A stretch of DNA of 64,000 nt from positions 172,752 through 236,751 of the IMG/VR virus record IMGVR_UViG_3300021959_006017; one strand, 5' to 3'. The notes under the pieces were generated by a model. That model was not told where the DNA came from. It was given only the letters and a program-made list of their open reading frames with translations, and searched no databases. A program made the translations under genes and the position numbers. Positions 46,971-56,057 of this stretch are shown here, piece by piece (position 1 is the first letter of the stretch; each line of letters starts with the position of its first letter).

Positions 46971-48029
46971 ATGACTATCTATATCGTAGACATCGAAGCA
47001 GTTGATACACGTTACACTAAACAATGGAAGGACTATCTTCCAAAGCAACTGCAACGGGCTACGAATAAAGAAGTTGTAGTTATTAGTGGAGGAGAAACGC
47101 CTCAGGCTACTACGCCTGGGGCTTTTCTTAACTTCGGTGGTACAAATGTTTATAAGTCAAAACAACTAGAACAGATTGGAGAAATGTTCTGCAATGGTGA
47201 AGTTAAGAACGGCGATTATTTTTTGTATACCGATGCCTGGAATCCTACAGTTATACAACTACGCTACATGGCAGAGTTACTTGGTGTTAATGTTAGCATT
47301 GGTGGCCTCTGGCATGCTGGTAGTTATGACCCACAAGATTTCTTGGGCAGACTAATAGGTAGCAAACCTTGGGTCAGACATGCTGAGATGTCAATGTTTG
47401 AATGTTACGATGACAACTTCTTTGCAAGTGATTTCCATATTGATATGTTTACAGATGTATTTGACGAAGATTATGCAGTTGACTGGAATAGAATACATCG
47501 TGTAGGTTGGCCCATGGAGTATCTAAAGAACAGTTTAGATAGCTATAAAGGTATGGAAAAACGAGATCTTATTCTCTTTCCGCATCGTGTTGCTCCTGAA
47601 AAACAAGTTGATATTTTCCGTGATCTAGCAGAGCAACTTCCTGAGTACGAGTTTGTTATCTGTCAAGAACGTGAACTTACTAAAAATGAATACCATAACT
47701 TGTTAGGTGAAGCAAAACTTGTGTTTAGTGCTAACCTACAAGAGACACTGGGCATTAGTTGGTATGAAGGTGCTCTTGTAAATGCTATTCCTATGGTTCC
47801 TGATAGATTAAGTTATTCAGAGATGGCACTACCCGAGTTTAAGTATCCAAGTGTGTGGACTGAAGACTTTACAAGTTACAGACAGCATAGAAATAAAGTA
47901 GTTGCACAAATACGTGAGTACATGGAAAACTATGACGATTTCTTAGTAAGCCTTGAGAAGCAACGTACTAAACTAAACAAAGAATTTTTTTCAGGAGCAG
48001 CATTGTATGACGCAATCAAAGAAAGATGA
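46971..48029 (+). CDS. GT-B glycosyltransferase
   Basis: FPHRVAPEKQ, QETLGISWYEG (EX7E), PDRLSYSEM. Confidence 0.8.
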   Translation: MTIYIVDIEAVDTRYTKQWKDYLPKQLQRATNKEVVVISGGETPQATTPGAFLNFGGTNVYKSKQLEQIGEMFCNGEVKNGDYFLYTDAWNPTVIQLRYMAELLGVNVSIGGLWHAGSYDPQDFLGRLIGSKPWVRHAEMSMFECYDDNFFASDFHIDMFTDVFDEDYAVDWNRIHRVGWPMEYLKNSLDSYKGMEKRDLILFPHRVAPEKQVDIFRDLAEQLPEYEFVICQERELTKNEYHNLLGEAKLVFSANLQETLGISWYEGALVNAIPMVPDRLSYSEMALPEFKYPSVWTEDFTSYRQHRNKVVAQIREYMENYDDFLVSLEKQRTKLNKEFFSGAALYDAIKER

Positions 48030-48387
48030 TACCTTTACTATTAGTGTTGGTGATACTATTTGGCATTCTAATGAATCCCCTAATATTACATTCGACACTA
48101 TGATAACAACAGCAGATACATTTACTATCAGTGATCCTGCAGATACAGTTACTATTGACATAAACGATTATGTAAGTGATGATACTTTTGATATCAGTAA
48201 CATTACATTTGGTAGTGTTCCATTTGTAGATACTATGCCTAGTTTAGATCGTGTTAATAATATGTGCGAAGAATATCCTGCACTTGCAAAGGCATACGAA
48301 AACTTCAAAACAATATACAAAATGACTGAACAAGACTACAAAGGCAAACTAAAAGAAAGAGGCTTAGACGATGACATTCCGTTCTAA
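48007..48387 (+). CDS. Hypothetical protein
   Basis: Thr/Asp-rich N-terminus; YPALAKAYENFK. Confidence 0.55.
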   Translation: MTQSKKDDTFTISVGDTIWHSNESPNITFDTMITTADTFTISDPADTVTIDINDYVSDDTFDISNITFGSVPFVDTMPSLDRVNNMCEEYPALAKAYENFKTIYKMTEQDYKGKLKERGLDDDIPF

Positions 48388-48808
48388 ATTTTTATCCTGG
48401 TTAGACAAGCTAGGACGCAAGCGAGTAATTATGGACCGTTATGAAAACGAGCCGTACTTAACTCGCTATTATCTTTTCTTAAAAAACCGTAAATGGTTTC
48501 CGTTTAACGTGTTTCTACACAATTTTCACAAAGGAGATTTAGATGATTTACACGATCACCCTTGGCCTTATCTTACTATCATTTTGCGTGGCGGGTATTG
48601 GGAGCATACTCCCCGAGGACGCTTTTGGAGAGCACCGGGACACATCAGAATTAGTACTCCAAGTAGTTTGCATCGGATTGAGCTTGAGCCTGGTGTTGAT
48701 GCTTGGACACTCTTTATACCAGGTCCTAAAATAAGAGAATGGGGATTCATTCGCAAAGGCGAGTGGGTTCAAAATGAACAATATCTAAAAGAGAAATATG
48801 AACAATGA
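48371..48808 (+). CDS. Cupin-fold protein
   Basis: LHDHPW...GGYWE...HRIEL. Confidence 0.7.
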   Translation: MTFRSKFLSWLDKLGRKRVIMDRYENEPYLTRYYLFLKNRKWFPFNVFLHNFHKGDLDDLHDHPWPYLTIILRGGYWEHTPRGRFWRAPGHIRISTPSSLHRIELEPGVDAWTLFIPGPKIREWGFIRKGEWVQNEQYLKEKYEQ

Positions 48809-49365
48809 TTAAGAAACATTATTATTCGTGGCAAGACATTGAACGTGCTTGCCTAAACATTGCATTGCAAATGTATAAAGATAACTGGCGTCCTGACTAC
48901 ATTGTAGGTATTACACGTGGCGGCAATGTACCAGCTACTATCCTTAGCAATATGTTAGGTGTACGTGGCGATGCCCTTAAAGTAAGTTTAAGGGACAATC
49001 AAGGCGGTGAAAGTGAATCTAACTGTTGGATGAGCGAAGATGCATTTGGTTATGTTGACGAAGAACAACGAGACTTGTTTAAAACTCGTTGGGATATTAG
49101 TAAACGTAAAAACATTCTCGTTGTAGATGACATTAACGACACTGGTGCTACATTTAACTGGATCAAAGAAGATTGGCGCAGTACATGCTTGCCAAATGAA
49201 GATAAGGCTTGGGAAAGTGTTTGGCATCGTAACGTTCGGTTTGCTACTATTACAGATAACTTGTCAAGCGAGTTTAACGGTAAAGTAGACTACACTACAC
49301 ACGAAGTAAACAAAGCAGAAGAAGATGTATGGTTAGTTTACCCATGGGAGAATGTAGGACAATGA
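48805..49365 (+). CDS. Purine phosphoribosyltransferase (xanthine-guanine type)
   Basis: GITRGG, LVVDDINDTGAT, WLVYPWE. Confidence 0.85.
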   Translation: MIKKHYYSWQDIERACLNIALQMYKDNWRPDYIVGITRGGNVPATILSNMLGVRGDALKVSLRDNQGGESESNCWMSEDAFGYVDEEQRDLFKTRWDISKRKNILVVDDINDTGATFNWIKEDWRSTCLPNEDKAWESVWHRNVRFATITDNLSSEFNGKVDYTTHEVNKAEEDVWLVYPWENVGQ

Positions 49366-49541
49366 ACAAAGAATATATTGAAGCTTTAGAAAAAACTATA
49401 GCTCGTAAAAAAGCTGAACTTGAGCAAATGTATAAAGACGGAGTAAAGATGCAAGCATGTATTAACTTTCGAGAAGAAATCACAAGAAAGCAAAAAACAC
49501 TTGCAAGAGCTAAAAAAGAAATGCAAGGCAAAAGAAAATGA
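49362..49541 (+). CDS. Small coiled-coil protein
   Basis: ATGA coupling at both ends. Confidence 0.5.
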   Translation: MNKEYIEALEKTIARKKAELEQMYKDGVKMQACINFREEITRKQKTLARAKKEMQGKRK

Positions 49542-49924
49542 CATTTAATGAAATACCTTGGAAGGACGTTTTAGTTGATACAAGAGAATATACAGTTTTT
49601 AAAGATGGTTTTCCAGTTACCGAAGGCCATGTTCTTTTTGTGCCTAAGGTGGAAGATTGGGATCACTTGGCTAAATGCTATAAAGCAGCTTATGCTTGGG
49701 GCTATGACTGGGTTCAAAAGGGTTATTGTGATAGTTACAACATCGGACAAAATGTAGGCGAAGAAGCAGGACAAACTGTTATGTGGCCTCATGTACATTT
49801 GATTCCACGCCGTAAAGGTGATATGGATGATCCTCGTGGCGGGGTGCGTCACGTTATACCAGAGAAAGGAAACTATAGACTATGGCATGTGGATGCGGAA
49901 GATCGCCAACCGGAAAATGCATAG
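49538..49924 (+). CDS. HIT-family nucleotide hydrolase
   Basis: FPVTEGH, AGQTV.WPHVHLIPR. Confidence 0.88.
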   Translation: MTFNEIPWKDVLVDTREYTVFKDGFPVTEGHVLFVPKVEDWDHLAKCYKAAYAWGYDWVQKGYCDSYNIGQNVGEEAGQTVMWPHVHLIPRRKGDMDDPRGGVRHVIPEKGNYRLWHVDAEDRQPENA

Positions 49925-50019
49925 GTTGGCATAAACTAAGTGAAGACGAGTATCGTCAAAAACTTGCAGAATACGAAGAAAAACAACTACAAAAAAGATT
50001 AAAGGAGTCAAAAGAATGA
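49882..50019 (+). CDS. Small CDGSH-like Fe-S/metal-binding protein (45 aa, not in ORF track)
   Basis: MACGCGRSPTGKCIGWHKLSEDEY...; stop coupled to ATG 50016. Confidence 0.55.
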   Translation: MACGCGRSPTGKCIGWHKLSEDEYRQKLAEYEEKQLQKRLKESKE

Positions 50020-50219
50020 AAGAACAACTAGTCAAAGCAGCACGTATGCACGCCGAAGGTGAACTAGAACGTGCAAAAACAAACATCCTAGTTTATATGA
50101 ATCAAAGTGTAGGTATTGGTGAACACAGCGATATTGTTGAAGCTATTCAAGAAGAACTTGATAAAATGGCTTCTGCAACAGATCGTATTGAGATGCTAGA
50201 TAAGTATTTCTCAGCATAA
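50016..50219 (+). CDS. Hypothetical protein
   Basis: VGIGEHSDI motif; SD AAGGAG. Confidence 0.65.
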   Translation: MKEQLVKAARMHAEGELERAKTNILVYMNQSVGIGEHSDIVEAIQEELDKMASATDRIEMLDKYFSA

Positions 50220-51034
50220 TGTCTATTACACTTTTTTTAGGCGACAGTCACAGTGCAGGGTATACCATTAACAAAGAAGGTATACCTCTATACTGGACTG
50301 AAAATAACTATGCAGAAATATACGCTGAAAAAAATAGTACACCAAGTGTTATTTACGCACAAGCGGGAGGCTGTAATAGAAAGTTTCCTATATGGCTAAG
50401 TTGTATGCTAGATAGGTATGATATTTCAAAAATATTTATACAAAGCACACACTGGAATAGATATCTTGTTGCGAATGATCCTAGTTTAGACTTAGGCGAA
50501 AGTTACAAAAACGATACTTTTTTAGAAAGAAGTGAAGATAGTAAAAACGGTTTAGTCCATAGATATACTGATAAAAAATATGCAGGTAATAGATTTGAAA
50601 ATCTAATGGGACAGTATGAAGAATACTGGGACAAGTTTAAAGGTTTTAAAGGAAGTTTAGACAATCCAAAAGGAGAGTTTGAAATATTAGAAAACCAATA
50701 CCGCTATACAAAACTTTGGCACGAAGCACTAACGTATCTACAACTACGTGAATACCTTATGGATTTTACTGTAATAGATCATATGGTAAGAAAAACAAAT
50801 ATTCCTGTTTATGTTTGGACTATTAATAATAGAATACATTTGCCTAAGAATACAAACTTATACAAAGATTTTGACAATGTTAGGTTTGTATATACTTCTG
50901 CCGAAGATTTCTTGTTTGAAAGACATCGAATGAAGATATCTAAAATGGTCGTAGTAGACAAAGAACATTATACATATGATGTACATAGTGCAATAGCAGA
51001 ACACTACTTGCCGTATATTGAAAAAAACTATTGA
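50219..51034 (+). CDS. SGNH hydrolase-like protein
   Basis: FLGDSHS; C-terminal DKEHY. Confidence 0.55.
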   Translation: MSITLFLGDSHSAGYTINKEGIPLYWTENNYAEIYAEKNSTPSVIYAQAGGCNRKFPIWLSCMLDRYDISKIFIQSTHWNRYLVANDPSLDLGESYKNDTFLERSEDSKNGLVHRYTDKKYAGNRFENLMGQYEEYWDKFKGFKGSLDNPKGEFEILENQYRYTKLWHEALTYLQLREYLMDFTVIDHMVRKTNIPVYVWTINNRIHLPKNTNLYKDFDNVRFVYTSAEDFLFERHRMKISKMVVVDKEHYTYDVHSAIAEHYLPYIEKNY

Positions 51035-51059
51035 CAAAAACCTAAATATATCATATAAT
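51031..51059 (+). promoter_or_regulatory. Sigma70 promoter with nested CTAAATA
   Basis: TTGACA-AAAACCTAAATATATCA-TATAAT. Confidence 0.75.
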
Positions 51060-51101
51060 AAAACAATAAGACATCCTCGTCTTTAACTCGGAGTATAAAA
51101 A

Positions 51102-51791
51102 TTGATGAGCAAAGCAGAACAAATAAAAGCAAAACTAGAAGATGCTGGCATCCGCTATTGGGCAGGTGACAACATCTCAGAAGTCCTACAAGCAGGTGAC
51201 AAAGAAGCACTTATTGAAGATGCCACACTAGCATTTAATCAAGTACTAGATGCACTAGTTATTGATCGCTATAACGATCCTAACTCGCAAGGTACAGCAA
51301 GACGTCTTGCAAAAATGTACTTTAATGAGATTATGGCAGGACGCTATGATCCTAAACCCGACGCAACAGCATTTCCAAATGATAGCGATGACCGTTATGA
51401 AGGTATGCTAGTTGTACGTTCAGAACTAAAAAGTATATGTTCACATCATCACCAGCCAGTTACTGGTGTAGCGTACATTGGTATTATTGCCGCAGACAAA
51501 CTTATCGGACTTAGCAAGTACACACGTATTGCACAATGGTGTGCTAGACGTGGTACACTGCAAGAAGAACTTGCAAACGATATTGCACGTGAGATTAAGG
51601 CTGCAACTGGTGCTCAAAACTTAGGTGTATACATTCAAGCAACACACGGTTGCTGTGAAAATCGTGGCATTATGGCACATAGTTCACTTACACAGACAAC
51701 TGTACTTGAAGGTAGTTTTAAACACGATCCAGGTGCAAAGAAAGAGTTCTTTGACAACATTAAACTACAACAGGAGTTTGCACCACGATGA
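51102..51791 (+). CDS. folE: GTP cyclohydrolase I
   Basis: CSHHH, GLSKYTR, LQEEL, HGCCENRG. Confidence 0.93.
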   Translation: MMSKAEQIKAKLEDAGIRYWAGDNISEVLQAGDKEALIEDATLAFNQVLDALVIDRYNDPNSQGTARRLAKMYFNEIMAGRYDPKPDATAFPNDSDDRYEGMLVVRSELKSICSHHHQPVTGVAYIGIIAADKLIGLSKYTRIAQWCARRGTLQEELANDIAREIKAATGAQNLGVYIQATHGCCENRGIMAHSSLTQTTVLEGSFKHDPGAKKEFFDNIKLQQEFAPR

Positions 51792-52681
51792 AGTTAAGAT
51801 ATTCAGAAGCATTTTATAGTGTACAGGGCGAAGGCAAGTTTGTTGGAGTCCCTAGTGTGTTCTTAAGAACATTTGGTTGTAACTTTCGTTGCATGAACTT
51901 TGGCACAGGCGAAACAAAAGATCGATGGACACTGCACAAAGAAGGTAAGAAGTATAACGATGAAGTTAAAGCTCTTATCGATGCTGGTGTTCATAAGACT
52001 ACAAAAGAGTTTAATGACTTGCCTATCATTCACACAGGCTGTGACACATATGCAAGTATCTATCCAGAGTTTAAAGACTTCAACAAACTAGCAGAAGTTG
52101 ATGAAGTAGTTGAACATTTGCTGTCACTTACTCCAGAAGGTAAGTGGACACAGGACAATGGTCAAGACATTCATTTGATTATGACCGGTGGAGAGCCTTT
52201 GTTAGCGTGGCAAAAGCTCTACATTGATTTGTTCGAACATCCACGTATGCAGGATTTAAAAAATGTCACATTTGAAACAAACACTACACAACATTTACAC
52301 GACGATTTCTTCAACTATCTCACAGACCAAGACAGATTTGCGGTCACGTGGTCTTGTTCCCCAAAACTTAGTGTTAGCGGAGAACCTTGGGATACTGCTA
52401 TACTGCCTGCTGTCGCTCGCGAGTATAGCCTTGTTGACGGCAGTGACATGTATCTCAAGTTTGTTGTCGCTACTGCTGACGATTTCGAAGAAGTTACAAG
52501 AGCTGTCGAAGAGTATCGTAGCGCCGGGGTCGAGTGTCCGGTATATCTTATGCCGCTTGGAGGACGTAGCGAAGAATACAACCTCAATGTTAAAGAAGTC
52601 GCCGAAGCATGTATGGAGCGAGGTTGGAGGTTCAGCCCCCGACTACACATCAGCCTATTCGGAAATGCATGGGGGACCTAA
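51788..52681 (+). CDS. queE: 7-carboxy-7-deazaguanine synthase (radical SAM)
   Basis: FYSVQGEG, FLRTFGCNFRC...CDT, TGGEP, ETN, SPKL, SPRLH. Confidence 0.9.
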   Translation: MKLRYSEAFYSVQGEGKFVGVPSVFLRTFGCNFRCMNFGTGETKDRWTLHKEGKKYNDEVKALIDAGVHKTTKEFNDLPIIHTGCDTYASIYPEFKDFNKLAEVDEVVEHLLSLTPEGKWTQDNGQDIHLIMTGGEPLLAWQKLYIDLFEHPRMQDLKNVTFETNTTQHLHDDFFNYLTDQDRFAVTWSCSPKLSVSGEPWDTAILPAVAREYSLVDGSDMYLKFVVATADDFEEVTRAVEEYRSAGVECPVYLMPLGGRSEEYNLNVKEVAEACMERGWRFSPRLHISLFGNAWGT

Positions 52682-52826
52682 GACATTGGAAAAAGCAAAG
52701 AAACACGAACAAGCATTTGAAGCACCGGTATTCGAAAAAGGTTATCCTTCTTACGATGCAGTAAATCGTAAAGAAAAAGAATATGATGTAGATTTAGAAA
52801 AACGTGCTAGGGAGGCAGGACTATGA
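52665..52826 (+). CDS. Possible small hypothetical protein
   Basis: 3' part of ORF 52263..52826 fills the gap; ATGA coupling to 52823. Confidence 0.35.
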   Translation: MHGGPKTLEKAKKHEQAFEAPVFEKGYPSYDAVNRKEKEYDVDLEKRAREAGL

Positions 52827-53023
52827 AAGATCCAAAAGTAACAAAACTTGTTAATGAGTTTAAAAAGCAGTTGAAAGACTTAAACACTCTTTGGGCTACA
52901 TTGCAAAAGGAAGGTATGTATATTGATCTAAGAGCAGAAGGTACACATACCTATAACGATCCTAAGTACTTTTCAATAACACGTATGACACAAAGCGTGG
53001 AATACTTAAAGGATGAAAAATAA
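52823..53023 (+). CDS. Hypothetical protein
   Basis: SD GGAGG. Confidence 0.55.
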   Translation: MKDPKVTKLVNEFKKQLKDLNTLWATLQKEGMYIDLRAEGTHTYNDPKYFSITRMTQSVEYLKDEK

Positions 53024-53409
53024 TGGGTTGGTGGAACAAACTCGTAAGAGACAAAAAGAAAGAGCAGGCTACAGAAGAAGTAAAGACTTCTGAAGAACTA
53101 CGTCGTGAAGCACTAGAAGCAGAAAAAGAAGCGGCTACTGCAAAAGGCGAACCTTGGGTTGCTGTACTAGATACCCAAGTTAATCCTGAAAACATTCGTA
53201 ATGGTTTCTTTGAACTAGATTGGAATAATGAGTTTATTGAACAACTGCTTGATGCAGGTTATAAAGGTGAAACAAACGAACAGATTGTTGATGCTTGGTT
53301 TAAAACTATTGTTATTCAAATGCTTGAAGAAGACGGTCAGTCAACTGACCGAGGTATGGGACACATTAATGTTGTTCCGATTGATAAAGGCCGCTCGGAG
53401 GTATCATAA
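53023..53409 (+). CDS. Hypothetical protein
   Basis: NGFFELDWN motif; TAATG coupling. Confidence 0.65.
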   Translation: MGWWNKLVRDKKKEQATEEVKTSEELRREALEAEKEAATAKGEPWVAVLDTQVNPENIRNGFFELDWNNEFIEQLLDAGYKGETNEQIVDAWFKTIVIQMLEEDGQSTDRGMGHINVVPIDKGRSEVS

Positions 53410-53654
53410 TGTCTTTTAGTTGGGATAGAATGTATAAGCACGAAGAAAATATAGAAAGAGATGTTATCGATCGTGTAGAAGAATATGTATGTGAGTTTTA
53501 CGAAGTAAGTGAAGTTGAGTTGTTATCTCCTTCACAGTTTGAAGAACTTGAAATGTTTTACAGAGAAATGAACGAATATAGTGTTATGTACTGTGGATTT
53601 ACAAATGTAATAAATCGTTGGCTAGATAACCAAGAGTTTGATCATGATGCGTGA
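53409..53654 (+). CDS. Acidic hypothetical protein
   Basis: SD GGAGG; TAATG coupling. Confidence 0.55.
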   Translation: MSFSWDRMYKHEENIERDVIDRVEEYVCEFYEVSEVELLSPSQFEELEMFYREMNEYSVMYCGFTNVINRWLDNQEFDHDA

Positions 53655-54054
53655 TGATTTAATGGTACAACAGCAAGTGTCTACTGTGTGGCAACACATG
53701 GTAGGTGTTATTTGTTTGAATCAAACAAACCGTAAACAAGTAAAGCGTGTTCTTCCTATGCTGTTAGGCATTTGTCCTACACCTGTACACTTAATAAATA
53801 CTGCTCCAGACACAATCAAAATGATTATACAACCTTTGGGCATGTTAAATGTCCGAGAGAAGCGTCTTCGCCAAATGTCAAAAGATTACTTGACATGGGA
53901 CGGAAATGATGCTACAATGTTATATGGCATTGGGAAGTACGGTAGTGATAGCTATAGACTTTTCTATAAGAATGAGATTCCCGACAACATCGGTGATCAT
54001 GAACTGAAACGATATGTGGAAGAAGAACTAAATGGCAACTTATATACTAGTTGA
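53644..54054 (+). CDS. HhH DNA glycosylase-like protein (MBD4/EndoIII-like)
   Basis: ICLNQT, PLG, LYGIGKYGSDSYRLF, DHEL. Confidence 0.75.
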   Translation: MMRDDLMVQQQVSTVWQHMVGVICLNQTNRKQVKRVLPMLLGICPTPVHLINTAPDTIKMIIQPLGMLNVREKRLRQMSKDYLTWDGNDATMLYGIGKYGSDSYRLFYKNEIPDNIGDHELKRYVEEELNGNLYTS

Positions 54055-55015
54055 TACAGCAAACACTTTCTTTAGAGCTCGGCACGTTGTACGTGGTGAC
54101 TTAGATACAAAAGTAGGCATGGCCCTACATATTACACTTAGTGGCGTTAAGAAAGCATGGCGTGACTTCGATGCAGATCATGTTGTGTTCTGCCTAGAAG
54201 GTCGTAGCTGGCGCAAGGATTATTACGAACCTTACAAGCGTAATAGGCAAGAAACTCGTGATGCGATGACTCCTGCACAGCAAGAAGAAGATACTGTGTT
54301 TTGGGAAATCTTTGACGAGTTTAAAGACTTTGTAAGTACAAAGACTAACTGTACTGTTATGCGTCATTCGCAACTAGAAGCAGATGATTTGATTGCAGGC
54401 TGGGTACAATCACACCCTAATGACAATCATGTTATTATTAGCACTGACGGTGATTTTGCACAACTGATTGCACCTAATGTACGTCAATACAACGGTATAC
54501 AAAACGTTACTATTACACACGAAGGTTACTTTGACGATAAAGGTGCGCCTGTAGTAGATAAGAAAACTAAAGAAGCAAAGCCTGCGCCTGAGCCTGACTT
54601 TATGCTGTTTGAAAAGTGTATGCGTGGCGATACTAGTGATAATGTGTTTAGTGCTTATCCTGGTGTACGCAAGAAAGGCACAAAGAACAAAGTCGGACTT
54701 ATTGAAGCATTTGCAGACAAGACTACAAAAGGCTATAACTGGAATAACATGATGCTACAACGTTGGGTAGATCATGAAGGTGTTGAACATCGTGTGCTAG
54801 ATGACTACAATCGCAATGTTACACTTTGTGACTTAACTGCACAGCCAGCTGACATAAAAGAGATAATTAATAATACCATTGCAGAAGTAGAACCTAAAGA
54901 CATTACACAAGTTGGTATGCGTCTTATGAAGTTCTGTGCTAAGTGGGATATGCAACGTATTGCAGATCAAGCAGCATCTTTTGCAGAACCATTACAAGCG
55001 AGGTATCCTAAATGA
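54032..55015 (+). CDS. 5'-3' exonuclease / T4 RNase H-like protein
   Basis: LVDTAN, YKRNR, EADDLIA, STDGDFAQL, GDTSDNV. Confidence 0.9.
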   Translation: MATYILVDTANTFFRARHVVRGDLDTKVGMALHITLSGVKKAWRDFDADHVVFCLEGRSWRKDYYEPYKRNRQETRDAMTPAQQEEDTVFWEIFDEFKDFVSTKTNCTVMRHSQLEADDLIAGWVQSHPNDNHVIISTDGDFAQLIAPNVRQYNGIQNVTITHEGYFDDKGAPVVDKKTKEAKPAPEPDFMLFEKCMRGDTSDNVFSAYPGVRKKGTKNKVGLIEAFADKTTKGYNWNNMMLQRWVDHEGVEHRVLDDYNRNVTLCDLTAQPADIKEIINNTIAEVEPKDITQVGMRLMKFCAKWDMQRIADQAASFAEPLQARYPK

Positions 55016-55494
55016 CATTAAAAGCTAAACCTGTTTTAAAAGATAAGTTCTGGATTGTAGAACAAAATGGCGAACGTGTAGGAACTATGTCATATAACGA
55101 AGAACAGCGTTATATGTTTAGTAGTGCTGCCGAAACATGCTTCTTTGATAATACAAGACAAATGAAACGTAAGTTTGGCATTGATATCGAATGGGGTGAT
55201 GCAACAACAAATATCGAATCTGTTACACCTGATAAAGAAGTTCACGGATTTCCTACTAGTGTTTGTCCGTACAATAGTATGTATGATGTTAAACATAAGT
55301 TACCGTTGTTTACTAAAAGTGAAAAATCTAAAAGCCTTTATTGTGCAGGTTATTATATCATTCATTTCGACAAAGGATGGGTTAAAAGTTTTTGTCCTAA
55401 ACTAATCACAATCGAACGTTATGAAAGCCAAGGTCCATTTAAAACTGATATAGAAATGAAACAAGCATTGAGTAAAGCAAATGGATCCTCTTAA
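55012..55494 (+). CDS. Hypothetical protein
   Basis: YCAGYY...FCPKLITI. Confidence 0.65.
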   Translation: MTLKAKPVLKDKFWIVEQNGERVGTMSYNEEQRYMFSSAAETCFFDNTRQMKRKFGIDIEWGDATTNIESVTPDKEVHGFPTSVCPYNSMYDVKHKLPLFTKSEKSKSLYCAGYYIIHFDKGWVKSFCPKLITIERYESQGPFKTDIEMKQALSKANGSS

Positions 55495-55711
55495 CACAAG
55501 TGAAATAGAACGCTTTATATCAGCAGTAAAAAATGCTGAAAACAGTCGTGCAAAAGAACTTCGTATTGATATACAAAATGCAAAGAACCTTGCGTACACA
55601 CTAGGTATTGTAATGAGTCGTCTACACGGAGACTTAGAAAAACTAGTAGTATCACAAGAAGATAATCAAACAATCGAAATAAAACTCGATCAAGGATCTG
55701 GCTGGGGTTAA
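55481..55711 (+). CDS. Hypothetical protein
   Basis: Overlapping in-operon ORF. Confidence 0.55.
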   Translation: MDPLNTSEIERFISAVKNAENSRAKELRIDIQNAKNLAYTLGIVMSRLHGDLEKLVVSQEDNQTIEIKLDQGSGWG

Positions 55712-55726
55712 ATAGTCTGTTAAAGA

Positions 55727-55734
55727 GATAAATA
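55727..55734 (+). promoter_or_regulatory. Late-type promoter GATAAATA
   Basis: Intergenic octamer. Confidence 0.6.
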
Positions 55735-55763
55735 TATACGTAGTTAATAAGGATTACGTATAT

Positions 55764-56057
55764 ATGAGTAGACCAAAGCCCAATGTACTTTTAGAGTATG
55801 TAGATAATAAAACCTATCGGTCTGAACAAGTTCTTGAAGCAGATGCCATATGGGCAGTGTTTCATCAGAACAAGCCGTTTAACTTAAAAAGCTCAAACGC
55901 ACTTACAAACTACCCCGGACCTAAATATAAAAAGACTTCCTTTTCCAATCCAGGTCATGCTTTTAATCTTGCAGAAAAACTAAACAAGATGTTTAACTCA
56001 CAGGATTTTACTGTGGTAAAACTAACTGAGGGCGAGTTAGTTGTTGAAGAAGAATGA
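55764..56057 (+). CDS. Hypothetical protein
   Basis: MSRPKP...YKKTSFSNPGHA. Confidence 0.65.
   Translation: MSRPKPNVLLEYVDNKTYRSEQVLEADAIWAVFHQNKPFNLKSSNALTNYPGPKYKKTSFSNPGHAFNLAEKLNKMFNSQDFTVVKLTEGELVVEEE

Noticed and set aside
52263-52664. Long alternate-frame ORF inside queE
   Set aside because: Fully overlaps a well-supported gene; only the 3' part may be real
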